Below, one piece after another: positions 37,384 through 45,300 of a stretch of DNA of 64,000 bases. The notes under the pieces were generated by a model. The model was not told where the DNA came from, made no database searches, and was given only the letters and a program-made list of their open reading frames with translations. This DNA comes from Minisyncoccota bacterium. Its GTDB lineage: Bacteria; Patescibacteriota; Minisyncoccia; Phycocordibacterales; UBA9973. The stretch's first letter is position 1. Each line of letters opens with the position of its first letter. The position numbers were made by a program, and so were the translations under genes. The DNA is taken from assembly GCA_041674285.1 (NCBI GenBank), contig JBAYVZ010000001.1, positions 85,732-149,731 of the forward strand, given 5' to 3'.

Positions 37384-37788
37384 ATGAATAAAATTACGTT
37401 TTTCATGTTACGAAATAAAAAGATTTTGACTGTCGCGTATCTCCTTGTTTTAATGATTTTGCCTTTTGCTTTCTCTCATGCAGTTGATCCTGCTGGTGTG
37501 AATCTGGATGTGAGGATAAAGAACCCTCTGGATAGTAGTATAAATACACTCCCAAAGTTCATAGAAGAGGCTTTGAAAATTGTACTGCAGATCGGTGTGC
37601 CGGTGGTGACATTGGCTATCATATACAGTGGTTTTCTTTTTGTAATGGCAAGAGGGAATAGTGAAAAGCTAGGCGAGGCCAAGAATACACTGATGTACAC
37701 ACTCATAGGAGCGGCATTGCTACTAGGATCATGGGTCATAGCGCAGGCTATACAAGGTACAATATCAGACATTAAAAGCACAACATAA
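37384..37788 (+). CDS. VirB2/TrbC-pilin-like small two-TM protein (paralog 2)
   Basis: Signal peptide; core VPVVTLAIIYSGFLFVMARGNSEKLGEAKNTLMYTLIGAALLLGSWVIAQAI. Confidence 0.5.
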   Translation: MNKITFFMLRNKKILTVAYLLVLMILPFAFSHAVDPAGVNLDVRIKNPLDSSINTLPKFIEEALKIVLQIGVPVVTLAIIYSGFLFVMARGNSEKLGEAKNTLMYTLIGAALLLGSWVIAQAIQGTISDIKSTT

Positions 37789-37803
37789 TTAAAATAAAAA
37801 TAT

Positions 37804-38103
37804 ATGCAATGTTCAAATTCAATTAAAAGTATTACAGATTTTATAAATCTAGGGAGCTGTATATTGATAAAGTCTGTGGTTCCTCTACTATTCTCTATCG
37901 CTACTGTTGGTTTTATATGGGGTATCATCCAGTATTTTATAAATCCTGATAATGAAGAGAAGCGTAGTGCAGGTAAATCTTATATGATATGGGGATTGAT
38001 TGGGTTATTCGTGATGGTATCTATCTGGGGGCTAGTAGGGGTATTCTCTTCTACTTTAGGGATCAATAATAAGCTGATCGTTCCTCAGGTATATACAAAA
38101 TAA
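37804..38103 (+). CDS. VirB2/TrbC-pilin-like small two-TM protein (paralog 3)
   Basis: Core VPLLFSIATVGFIWGIIQYFINPDNEEKRSAGKSYMIWGLIGLFVMVSIWGLVGVF. Confidence 0.5.
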   Translation: MQCSNSIKSITDFINLGSCILIKSVVPLLFSIATVGFIWGIIQYFINPDNEEKRSAGKSYMIWGLIGLFVMVSIWGLVGVFSSTLGINNKLIVPQVYTK

Positions 38104-38189
38104 AAACTTGCGTATTGTATATCATTTTGTGATATAATATAAGTATCATTATTAGGGTTTAGTCGTTAATTATTATTTAAAAATAAAAC

Positions 38190-38555
38190 ATGAAAAAAAT
38201 TATTTCATCAAGTTTGGTTTTGTCACTGCTCCCTGTTTTTGTTTCTGCTGCGTCTGTTGATGCTTATTCAATAATCGCAACAATTGGAAGACTTTTGAAT
38301 TTGGTTATCCCTGTTCTTATTGCGTTTGCTGTAGTTTACTTTATCTGGGGAGTTATCCAGTACACAATCTCAGGTAATGACGAGGCAAAAGAAAAGGCTC
38401 GTACAAGTATCATCCAAGGTCTTATCGGTCTATTCGTGATCGTAGCTTTCTGGGGTATCATCGGTATCATCACAAATACATTTGGAGTCGGATCAACTAG
38501 CTTCTCAGCTAACAACCAGCTTCCTTGTATCCCAACATCTGGAAATCCTTGCTAA
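38190..38555 (+). CDS. VirB2/TrbC-pilin-like small two-TM protein (paralog 4)
   Basis: Signal peptide; core IPVLIAFAVVYFIWGVIQYTISGNDEAKEKARTSIIQGLIGLFVIVAFWGIIGII. Confidence 0.5.
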   Translation: MKKIISSSLVLSLLPVFVSAASVDAYSIIATIGRLLNLVIPVLIAFAVVYFIWGVIQYTISGNDEAKEKARTSIIQGLIGLFVIVAFWGIIGIITNTFGVGSTSFSANNQLPCIPTSGNPC

Positions 38556-38567
38556 TAAAATAAATAT

Positions 38568-39413
38568 ATGTTTTTTGAACTTATACCAGTAGCAGAGGCG
38601 AGTGTGGCGACATTGATGCAGAGCATTAATAGGGTTATTATTAACCCTATTATAATACTGATGTTCTCTGCTGCCATAGTTTACTTTCTGTATGGCGTAG
38701 TTCAGTATCTCATTTCTCCGGATGACGAGGAGTTGAGGACTACCAGTAAATCCCATATGCTCTATGGGATTATTGGTATTTTTATCATGATGTCGGTTTT
38801 TGGTATTATGCGTGTGATTCTAAACTCACTGGGAGAGAATCATATAAAGATTACAGACACAGGAGAAGTAAATATCGCACCGAGGGACGGCTCTGGTTTT
38901 AACAATATTGGTGACTCGATAATAGATAAATCAATATTTACTCCGGTAAATAATAAATTTGAAAAACCAGTAGATACCTCTTGGGTAGATACAAACATAA
39001 CAACAAAGAAAGACCTAAATAAGACCATATATATAGATCCAAACTCTGTTTCAACAAAATCTACTTCAGGTACCTCAAGCGGTGTCGGAACAGGTGGTTC
39101 TACTGGTGGTCTGCCTGAGATCAAGAACGAGAGTAATCTGCCATCTTTAGATGCAGGTGTCGCAAAGATTGTTCAAGATATGAAAGATGCCTACAAGACA
39201 GATAGCAAGAATTACAAGGTCGTAGCTTCTGGGTTATCTAACTCTGAACAATCTGCAAAAGAACAAACTATCATGAATGCTCGTATTATGGTTGCCAAAG
39301 AAAAAAATGTGACCAATCTGGACAGTGTTTATAATGGAGGTATCCTGTATGAGAAAAATTGGAAAGTCGGTGAGACCTACCACTACTGGGTAGCTATGAG
39401 CTCTCCTAAATAA
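38568..39413 (+). CDS. VirB2/TrbC-pilin-like two-TM protein with ~190-aa C-terminal extracellular extension (paralog 5)
   Basis: Core NPIIILMFSAAIVYFLYGVVQYLISPDDEELRTTSKSHMLYGIIGIFIMMSVFGIM; Gly/Ser/Thr linker SGTSSGVGTGGSTGG. Confidence 0.5.
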   Translation: MFFELIPVAEASVATLMQSINRVIINPIIILMFSAAIVYFLYGVVQYLISPDDEELRTTSKSHMLYGIIGIFIMMSVFGIMRVILNSLGENHIKITDTGEVNIAPRDGSGFNNIGDSIIDKSIFTPVNNKFEKPVDTSWVDTNITTKKDLNKTIYIDPNSVSTKSTSGTSSGVGTGGSTGGLPEIKNESNLPSLDAGVAKIVQDMKDAYKTDSKNYKVVASGLSNSEQSAKEQTIMNARIMVAKEKNVTNLDSVYNGGILYEKNWKVGETYHYWVAMSSPK

Positions 39414-39423
39414 CCTAACTTAA

Positions 39424-39450
39424 AAACCACCGAAAGGTGGTTTTTATTTT
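39424..39450 (+). terminator. rho-independent terminator
   Basis: AAAAACCACC-GAAA-GGTGGTTTTT. Confidence 0.8.
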
Positions 39451-39489
39451 GTTTGGTCATTATACCCTTAAAACATGAGCTAGATGTGC

Positions 39490-39518
39490 TTGACAAAAAA
39501 GTTGAAAAAGAGTATAAT
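39490..39518 (+). promoter_or_regulatory. consensus sigma70 promoter TTGACA-17-TATAAT
   Basis: TTGACA 39490-39495, TATAAT 39513-39518, exactly 17-nt spacer; upstream of the 39628 gene. Confidence 0.6.
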
Positions 39519-39627
39519 ATGTAAATAAGGTTAGTTCTTTGAAATGGCAGGGATTTTGGTTTGTTTACTAGAGCGGATATATAATTATCACTTCTGGCAA
39601 ACAAACCAATATAAAACATACAACAAC

Positions 39628-40152
39628 ATGAAAAAGCCAATGCTTTTAGTAGTTGCAATCATCATCATGATGTTAGCGACAACGGTTAACTCTACCGCAC
39701 AACAAAAAATGAGTAAAAATAGTAGTATCGCAGGTGGGAGTGTTGATTCTTTGGTTCTCGTTCAAAAAATCATTGATGATGCCATTACTGCTCGAGAAGA
39801 GGTTTCTGGGATGGTAATGATCGTGGAGCAATTTATTAGCTTAGAACAACATGAGTTTGACAGTCTATATCTTGAATTCCGGAAATTGAATCCGGATTCC
39901 GCGGTGAGTATTTATGAGGGTGCCTCGGTTTCGAAAGAACAAGAATTGGAATTCGAGAATTACATGGCGATGTCGGAAGAGAGATCACATCTTATTATAA
40001 GTCAAATGGAAAAGGTCTCATCAGAAAAAGAGATTTTACTTGACCGGTTCATGAATCTACAGACTAAATATCTTGAACTAACAGATTTGCTCCTCAAAAA
40101 CTACGACATTTTGGTCCGCCTTCTTAGATGTAAAGAAGAAAACAAAAATTAA
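39628..40152 (+). CDS. secreted coiled-coil protein, hypothetical
   Basis: Signal peptide MKKPMLLVVAIIIMMLATTVNSTAQ (start chosen at internal ATG 39628). Confidence 0.45.
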   Translation: MKKPMLLVVAIIIMMLATTVNSTAQQKMSKNSSIAGGSVDSLVLVQKIIDDAITAREEVSGMVMIVEQFISLEQHEFDSLYLEFRKLNPDSAVSIYEGASVSKEQELEFENYMAMSEERSHLIISQMEKVSSEKEILLDRFMNLQTKYLELTDLLLKNYDILVRLLRCKEENKN

Positions 40153-40299
40153 CGCCTTCCTCCTGCCGAAAACAAAAATCCTTTTCTTTCGAAAGGGATT
40201 TTTAATTTTATAGACGTTTATTTGCTTATTAATAATATTTGTTGTTCCAGTTTTTTGTATAATTTTTGGGCCATAGATTTACATATGCTATTTAACTAT

Positions 40300-40344
40300 A
40301 AAACTTACAAACTTACGCTATCGCGCAAAGTTGTAAGTTTTTTT
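40300..40344. repeat. palindromic intergenic hairpin repeat, copy 4
   Basis: AAAACTTACAAACTTACGCTATCGCGCAAAGTTGTAAGTTTTTTTG; between convergent genes. Confidence 0.85.
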
Positions 40345-40403
40345 GTTTAATTAAAATGCGTTTAATTTGGTTTAATTAAGTAATATTTAATCTCTTTGTA
40401 GTA

Positions 40404-40880
40404 TTAATTATTTAGAGTTTTTTTGAGAATTTCCAAAGTAAAACGAGACCTGTCATCTCTATTGCTATCTTCTGGATCTGCAAGATCTTCTATTTTCTTT
40501 ATCAATTCATCTGCTGTTTTCCAAACTAGTTCAGACCCCTGCTCATAATCCTCTGTTGGTGCTGGAGCCACCGGTTCACCTTGTAATTTGGCTGTACAAA
40601 TAATACTTTTAAAACATCTCATTGTTGGGTTGTCGTATGAGCCAAAGCTGCCTACGGGCTTGATATCTGTGATGTTGCATCCTACTTCTTCCTTTGCTTC
40701 ACGGATAAGTCCATCTATCCATTCCTCTCCATCTTCTACACCACCACCTGGCAATGGATACATACGTCCAATTTCATCTCTGTACTTTATGGATGCTATA
40801 TTATTTTTGTCATCAATTAATATAAAACCGAAATCTTCTGCTTCAAAATGATTTGCTGGGTATGGGTAAGATATTTCCAT
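40404..40880 (-). CDS. NUDIX hydrolase
   Basis: Nudix box GGGVEDGEEWIDGLIREAKEEVG (Gx5Ex7REuxEExGu); start at MEISYPY (longer track ORF would run toward the tRNA). Confidence 0.8.
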   Translation of the reverse strand: MEISYPYPANHFEAEDFGFILIDDKNNIASIKYRDEIGRMYPLPGGGVEDGEEWIDGLIREAKEEVGCNITDIKPVGSFGSYDNPTMRCFKSIICTAKLQGEPVAPAPTEDYEQGSELVWKTADELIKKIEDLADPEDSNRDDRSRFTLEILKKTLNN

Positions 40881-41006
40881 GGGTATATTATAGCATTGAT
40901 AAAAGGTTGGATGCACCAGGACCTGCAGTATCCTTTCCCGGACGCATGTGACGCAGGTCGCATGCTTAGGGTTACACAAGAAAAAAGCTCTCTTTTGCGA
41001 GACATT

Positions 41007-41078
41007 TTTCTAAATGTGACCCTACCGGGAATCGAACCCGGATTAACGGCTTGAAAAGCCGGCGTCCTAACCGTTAGA
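41007..41078 (-). tRNA. tRNA-Glu (anticodon UUC)
   Basis: Minus-strand sequence GGCCCTATCGTCTAACGGTTAGGACGCCGGCTTTTCAAGCCGTTAATCCGGGTTCGATTCCCGGTAGGGTCA folds as a cloverleaf; anticodon loop TTTTCAA (U33, UUC, A37); T-loop GGTTCGATTCC; no encoded CCA. Confidence 0.8.
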
Positions 41079-41217
41079 CGATAGGGCCAAAAAACATAGA
41101 ATGAGTATAGCAATTTTTAGAAAAAAAGACAAATTTATATAGATGTTTTGTAATATGCTTTGACTAAATACCTCAAATATAGTATTTTAAAGAAAAATCT
41201 ACAAAATCTGTTTGCCA

Positions 41218-41648
41218 TGAAAAATTCAAAAACTTCGATCCTCGTAGGGCTTGCGATATTGTTCTGCCACGAGATTTACAAATTCCACATTAAATTCAAT
41301 AGTGGATTCACCATGGAATTCCTGAATGCCTCTGCTTACATCTTTCTCCCGGCCTTGTTATTTTTCTTGATGAGCAAGGTTGTTCTTCCGAGTAAAAAGA
41401 AAGAAGCTTTCTCAGAATTTTTTGACTTTATTTGGTTTATTTCGGCTATCTTATCACTCGGAGTGCTCTTTAAAAGCTTGTTGCTCTCATTTAATATCCA
41501 CCCTGGAATCCTGATTAACTCAGTCATTTGGGTTACTTCATTTTTTACTGTAACCATTCTTTATTTAAAAAGCCATAAGGATGATGACCAGGAAAAGAAA
41601 AGGAAGGAAATTGAAGCCAAGCGGATAGAGCATGGAATTTTCTCTTGA
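41218..41648 (+). CDS. hypothetical polytopic membrane protein
   Basis: Hydrophobic helices throughout; start likely MKNSKTSILVGL (track ORF begins 41160). Confidence 0.4.
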
Positions 41649-41782
41649 TTAGAAATTGAAAAAGCGCATGACGAGATACTCGGCATGTGCTTTTTTGTAG
41701 GTAGAATTTATAATGTCTATATGCTATAATCCCCAAATAGGTTTTTAACGTTTGCTTGATATTGTTTAGAGTTTAAAGTCGT

Positions 41783-41861
41783 TTGCGCGGTTAGCTGTCT
41801 TGGTAGATAACAAGTAAATACATGCGCGGTTATGCTGTCTTGGTAGATAACAAGTAAATAC
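41783..41861 (+). repeat. two tandem 39/40-nt direct repeats, each recapitulating the first ~23 nt of the adjacent tRNA-Val
   Basis: GCGCGGTTAGCTGTCTTGGTAGATAACAAGTAAATACAT (41783-41821) and GCGCGGTTATGCTGTCTTGGTAGATAACAAGTAAATACAT (41822-41861), followed directly by the tRNA beginning GCGCGGTTAGCTCAGTTGGTAGAG. Confidence 0.8.
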
Positions 41862-41934
41862 ATGCGCGGTTAGCTCAGTTGGTAGAGCGCGTCATTGACG
41901 TTGACGATGTCACAGGTTCGACTCCTGTATCGCG
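41862..41934 (+). tRNA. tRNA-Val (anticodon GAC)
   Basis: GCGCGGTTAGCTCAGTTGGTAGAGCGCGTCATTGACGTTGACGATGTCACAGGTTCGACTCCTGTATCGCGCA; anticodon stem CGTCA/TGACG, loop TTGACGT; T-loop GGTTCGACTCC. Confidence 0.85.
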
Positions 41935-42084
41935 CACAAAGTAAGCGATAGCAAGTAAACTACTTTACTTGCGTACGGGAGGCGAAAAGCTTTTCCTTAT
42001 GAGTTTACGAATGGAAAAGGTGTACTGATTCTGTAAGAATCGACATTCCTGTATTGTTCACATTTATTTTTTTAAATTTATTTT

Positions 42085-42822
42085 ATGAAAACACAAGTTA
42101 TTATTTTAGCGGCAGGCCATGGTAAGAGAATGCAATCTGATATACCAAAGGCTCTGACATCGCTACACGGTAAGCCATTTATCAAATATGTTTTAGATTC
42201 TGTCGCATCCTCTGGTGTATGCCCATCACCAATACTAGTAATAGGACAGAAGGGTGACCAGGTCAGAGATACTCTGGGTGATAGTTATGCATATGTAGTT
42301 CAGACCGAGCAGCTAGGCACAGGGCATGCTGTCATGTGTGCAAAAGAGGCTTCTGGCGATGCAGAGAATGTGCTCATACTATATGCAGATCAGCCACTAG
42401 TGAGTGCGGAGACGATAAAAAAACTAGCAGATGAGCATATAAAAGACGATACTATACTATCTATGGCTACAGTAAAAGTGGATGATTTCGATGATTGGCG
42501 TGCTGGATTTTCAAATTTTAGTCGCGTGATACGCGATGAGGATGGCAAGCTACTACGTACTGTAGAGATGAAAGATGCTACAGAAGAAGAAAAGAAAATC
42601 ACAGAGATCAATCCATGCTATCTAGTATTCAAAGCCCCATGGATGTGGGAGAAACTGCAAGGGTTGAAGAATAACAATGCCCAAGGTGAATACTATCTGA
42701 CGGATTTGATCGCTCTGGCTTGTGAATTAGATAAAGATATCACCACTATACAGATAGATCCCAAAGAGGCTCTGGGTGTAAATACAAAAGAGCAGTTAGA
42801 ACAACTAGAGAAAATATTCTAA
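42085..42822 (+). CDS. sugar-phosphate nucleotidyltransferase (GlmU N-terminal-domain-like, no acetyltransferase domain)
   Basis: ILAAGHGKRMQSDIPKAL matches the (L/I)AAGxGTRMxSxxPK pyrophosphorylase signature; 245 aa. Confidence 0.8.
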   Translation: MKTQVIILAAGHGKRMQSDIPKALTSLHGKPFIKYVLDSVASSGVCPSPILVIGQKGDQVRDTLGDSYAYVVQTEQLGTGHAVMCAKEASGDAENVLILYADQPLVSAETIKKLADEHIKDDTILSMATVKVDDFDDWRAGFSNFSRVIRDEDGKLLRTVEMKDATEEEKKITEINPCYLVFKAPWMWEKLQGLKNNNAQGEYYLTDLIALACELDKDITTIQIDPKEALGVNTKEQLEQLEKIF

Positions 42823-42831
42823 ATAAAAAAC

Positions 42832-42859
42832 CAGCTAGGCAAGACCTAGCTGTTTTTTT
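42832..42859. terminator. bidirectional terminator hairpin CAGCTAGG/CCTAGCTG
   Basis: 8-bp stem flanked by AAAAAA and TTTTTTT between convergent genes. Confidence 0.75.
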
Positions 42860-42865
42860 ATTTTA

Positions 42866-43792
42866 TTATTTATTTCTCTGAATCCACATATATATGTCTT
42901 CTAGGGCTTTGACTGCATCTCCTGTTGCTATATTGTTCTGGTGGTATTTACCATTTGTACAATCTCCGGCTGCCCATACTCCCGGGACTTGGGATGCTTG
43001 GGTCATAGGATCTACTATGATCTTGTTTATCTCGTCTAGCGGTACTACTCCTTTTACAAAATCTGTGTTTGGTATCTGGCCTATCTCTACAAATATTCCA
43101 GAAGCGGGGATAGAATGCTCTTCATTTGTACTCGTATCTCTGTATGTCAGTGTCGATACGAATTGCTCACCATCTACTCTAGTAGTTACAGCATTTTTGA
43201 TAACCTTCATATTTGGATTTGCTAGTACTTTTTCTACTGTTATCTCGTCTGCACGAAATGTCTCACTACGATTGATGAGGGTGACACTCTTGCAGTATGC
43301 CAGTAGCTGAGCCGCACTCTCGAATCCGGCATTGCCTCCACCTATCACTACTACATCCATGCCAGAGAATAGTGGGCCGTCACAAGATGCGCAATATGTG
43401 ATGCCTTTGTTTTCATATACATCTGCATTCATTGCTTCGAGCTTTCTCCTGCCTGATCCCGTAGTTATGAGTACTGTGAGTGCATTGTATTCTTTGCCGT
43501 CGTCACTCTTGATAGTAAAACCTTTTTCATTCTTGACTATTCCTACTGCTTTCTCTCCCTCTACGATATCTAGGAATGGACCCTTGTAATACATAATATG
43601 CTTTTTAAGGTTTGCCCCTAGTTCAGCTCCACCTATCTCTGGTGTGCCTATCCAGTTGTAGATAGTCTCGGATACTGTAGACTGACCTCCAAATTCTGGT
43701 GTGATAAGTATGCTTTTAAGTTGTTTTCTTGCGGCGTATACGGCACCTGCTGCTGCAGCTGGCCCTCCACCGATAATGATTAAATCGTACAT
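42866..43792 (-). CDS. trxB: thioredoxin-disulfide reductase
   Basis: FAD motif IIIGGGPAAAAGAVYAARK, redox CASCDG, NADPH motif VVVIGGGNAGFESA. Confidence 0.9.
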   Translation of the reverse strand: MYDLIIIGGGPAAAAGAVYAARKQLKSILITPEFGGQSTVSETIYNWIGTPEIGGAELGANLKKHIMYYKGPFLDIVEGEKAVGIVKNEKGFTIKSDDGKEYNALTVLITTGSGRRKLEAMNADVYENKGITYCASCDGPLFSGMDVVVIGGGNAGFESAAQLLAYCKSVTLINRSETFRADEITVEKVLANPNMKVIKNAVTTRVDGEQFVSTLTYRDTSTNEEHSIPASGIFVEIGQIPNTDFVKGVVPLDEINKIIVDPMTQASQVPGVWAAGDCTNGKYHQNNIATGDAVKALEDIYMWIQRNK

Positions 43793-43956
43793 AGGATTAG
43801 GTTCTAGGAGCTAGGTTCTAGCGACTAGTTGAATTAAAAATAACTACAAAATTAACATTTTGTAGTTAGATTATAATATATTTATACATAAAACAAAAAT
43901 CACCCATAATGGGTGATTTTTACTAGAATCTAGTCACTAGAAACTAGTACCTAATT

Positions 43957-45173
43957 CTACTTCTTTCTACGTAGAAATGCTGGAACTGTACTCCAATCAT
44001 CATTTGCTGTGTCATCGATAAACATGTCGTCATCTTCGATTTTTACAGGTTCTGGTTTTTTGAAGTATGCAGTCTCTGGCTCCTTTGCTGCTTCTTTGAT
44101 TACAGGTTCTGGCTTCTTAATTATAGAGAATATATCTTCTTTTTGTGCTGACTGTATTGCTGGTTGCTCAGTCGTATTGTGATCTCTTGAAGAAGAGAAT
44201 AGTGAGCGCTTTGGCATATCAGTAGGGAAGCCAGTAGCAATAACTGTGACTTTCATTTCTCCTTTCTTTAGCTTCTCGTCCTTGATTGTTCCAAAGATAA
44301 CTTTTGCGTCCTTGTCGATAGATTCTGTGATGATCTTGGCTGCTTCTTGGATCTCATGGATAGTTAGATCGTCTCCACCAGAGATTGCAAATAGTACACC
44401 ATGAGCACCAGAAATAGATAGATCAAGTAGTGGGAATTGATAGCTTGGAGAGCTGCCTTTTCAGAACGTCCTTCACCTGCCGCTATACCTACACCCATGA
44501 GGGCTGATCCAGCATCTGACATGACTGCCTTGATATCAGCAAAGTCCACATTGATAGTACCAGGGGTCGTAATGAGCTCTGAGATGCCCTCTACAGCTTG
44601 TTTTAGTACTTCATCACACATTGCAAAGGCTTGTCTAAATCCTACGTCCTTGCCTGATATTACGAGCAGTCTGTCATTTGGAATCACTAGAATTGCATCC
44701 ACTTCTTTTTCAAGCTCAGCTAGACCCATCTCTGCTAATTTCATTCTCTGGTTTCCTTCGAATGAGAATGGCTTTGTGACTACGGCTACAGTTAGTATCC
44801 CTTGCTCTTTTGCAGCTTGGGCTACTATAGGAGCAGCACCTGTTCCAGTACCTCCACCCATACCACCAGCGATGAATACCATATCTGCACCTTTGATTAC
44901 ATCTTGGATTTCAGCTTTTGTTTCTTCTGCTGCACGACGACCCACTTCTGGATTCATACCAGCACCTAGACCTTTTGTAAGGTTTTTCCCAAGGTGAACT
45001 TTTTTCTCTGCAAGAGAATTATGGAGATCTTGAGTATCAGTGTTCATCACGATGAATTCAACACCTTTAACTTTTGAGTTGATCATGTGGTTAAGTGCAT
45101 TTTTACCTGAACCACCGACTCCGATGACCTTGATACGAGCAAATGATTCTACTTCTGGATTTATTTTAGCCAT
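43957..45173 (-). CDS. ftsZ: cell division protein FtsZ, interrupted by a single-nucleotide frameshift near 44432-44434 (track shows two ORFs, 44364..45173 and 43957..44256)
   Basis: N-terminal part has GGGTGTG tubulin signature. Shifting frame by one base after ...QAINS restores the conserved FtsZ sequence PLLDLSISGAHGVLFAISGGDDLTIHE...KVTVIATGF...IPAFLRRKK. The lesion is a C3 (forward G3) homopolymer where C4 is needed. Confidence 0.85.
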
Positions 45174-45300
45174 TTAAATATAAAATAATGTTTATAATGT
45201 ATGAATTTCTGTATGTGCTCCTGGACACCGGAAGACACTACTAGTACCTACTATAGTATCAGGGATAACATAAAAAGCAAACTTTTGACAGTTTGCTTTT

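Noticed and set aside
23652-40344. Possible CRISPR array formed by the repeated palindromic element
   Set aside because: Only four copies at irregular spacing (3.9 kb, 0.6 kb, 12 kb) separated by full-length protein-coding genes. The repeats are perfect palindromes with flanking A/T runs (terminator-like). There are no uniform short spacers and no cas genes.
40817-41113. 98-aa ORF on the minus strand overlapping tRNA-Glu
   Set aside because: The sequence is a well-formed tRNA (acceptor, D, anticodon UUC and T arms). The ORF translation (…GSIPGRVTFRK…) is the typical spurious read-through of a tRNA gene.
41935-42084. Possible small ncRNA between tRNA-Val and the nucleotidyltransferase gene (several short hairpins: GCAAGTAAA/TTTACTTGC, GAAAAGCTTTTC)
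   Set aside because: There are no conserved motifs of SRP RNA, tmRNA, RNase P or 6S RNA. The hairpins are short and AT-rich. It is more likely part of the tRNA-associated repeat region discussed separately.
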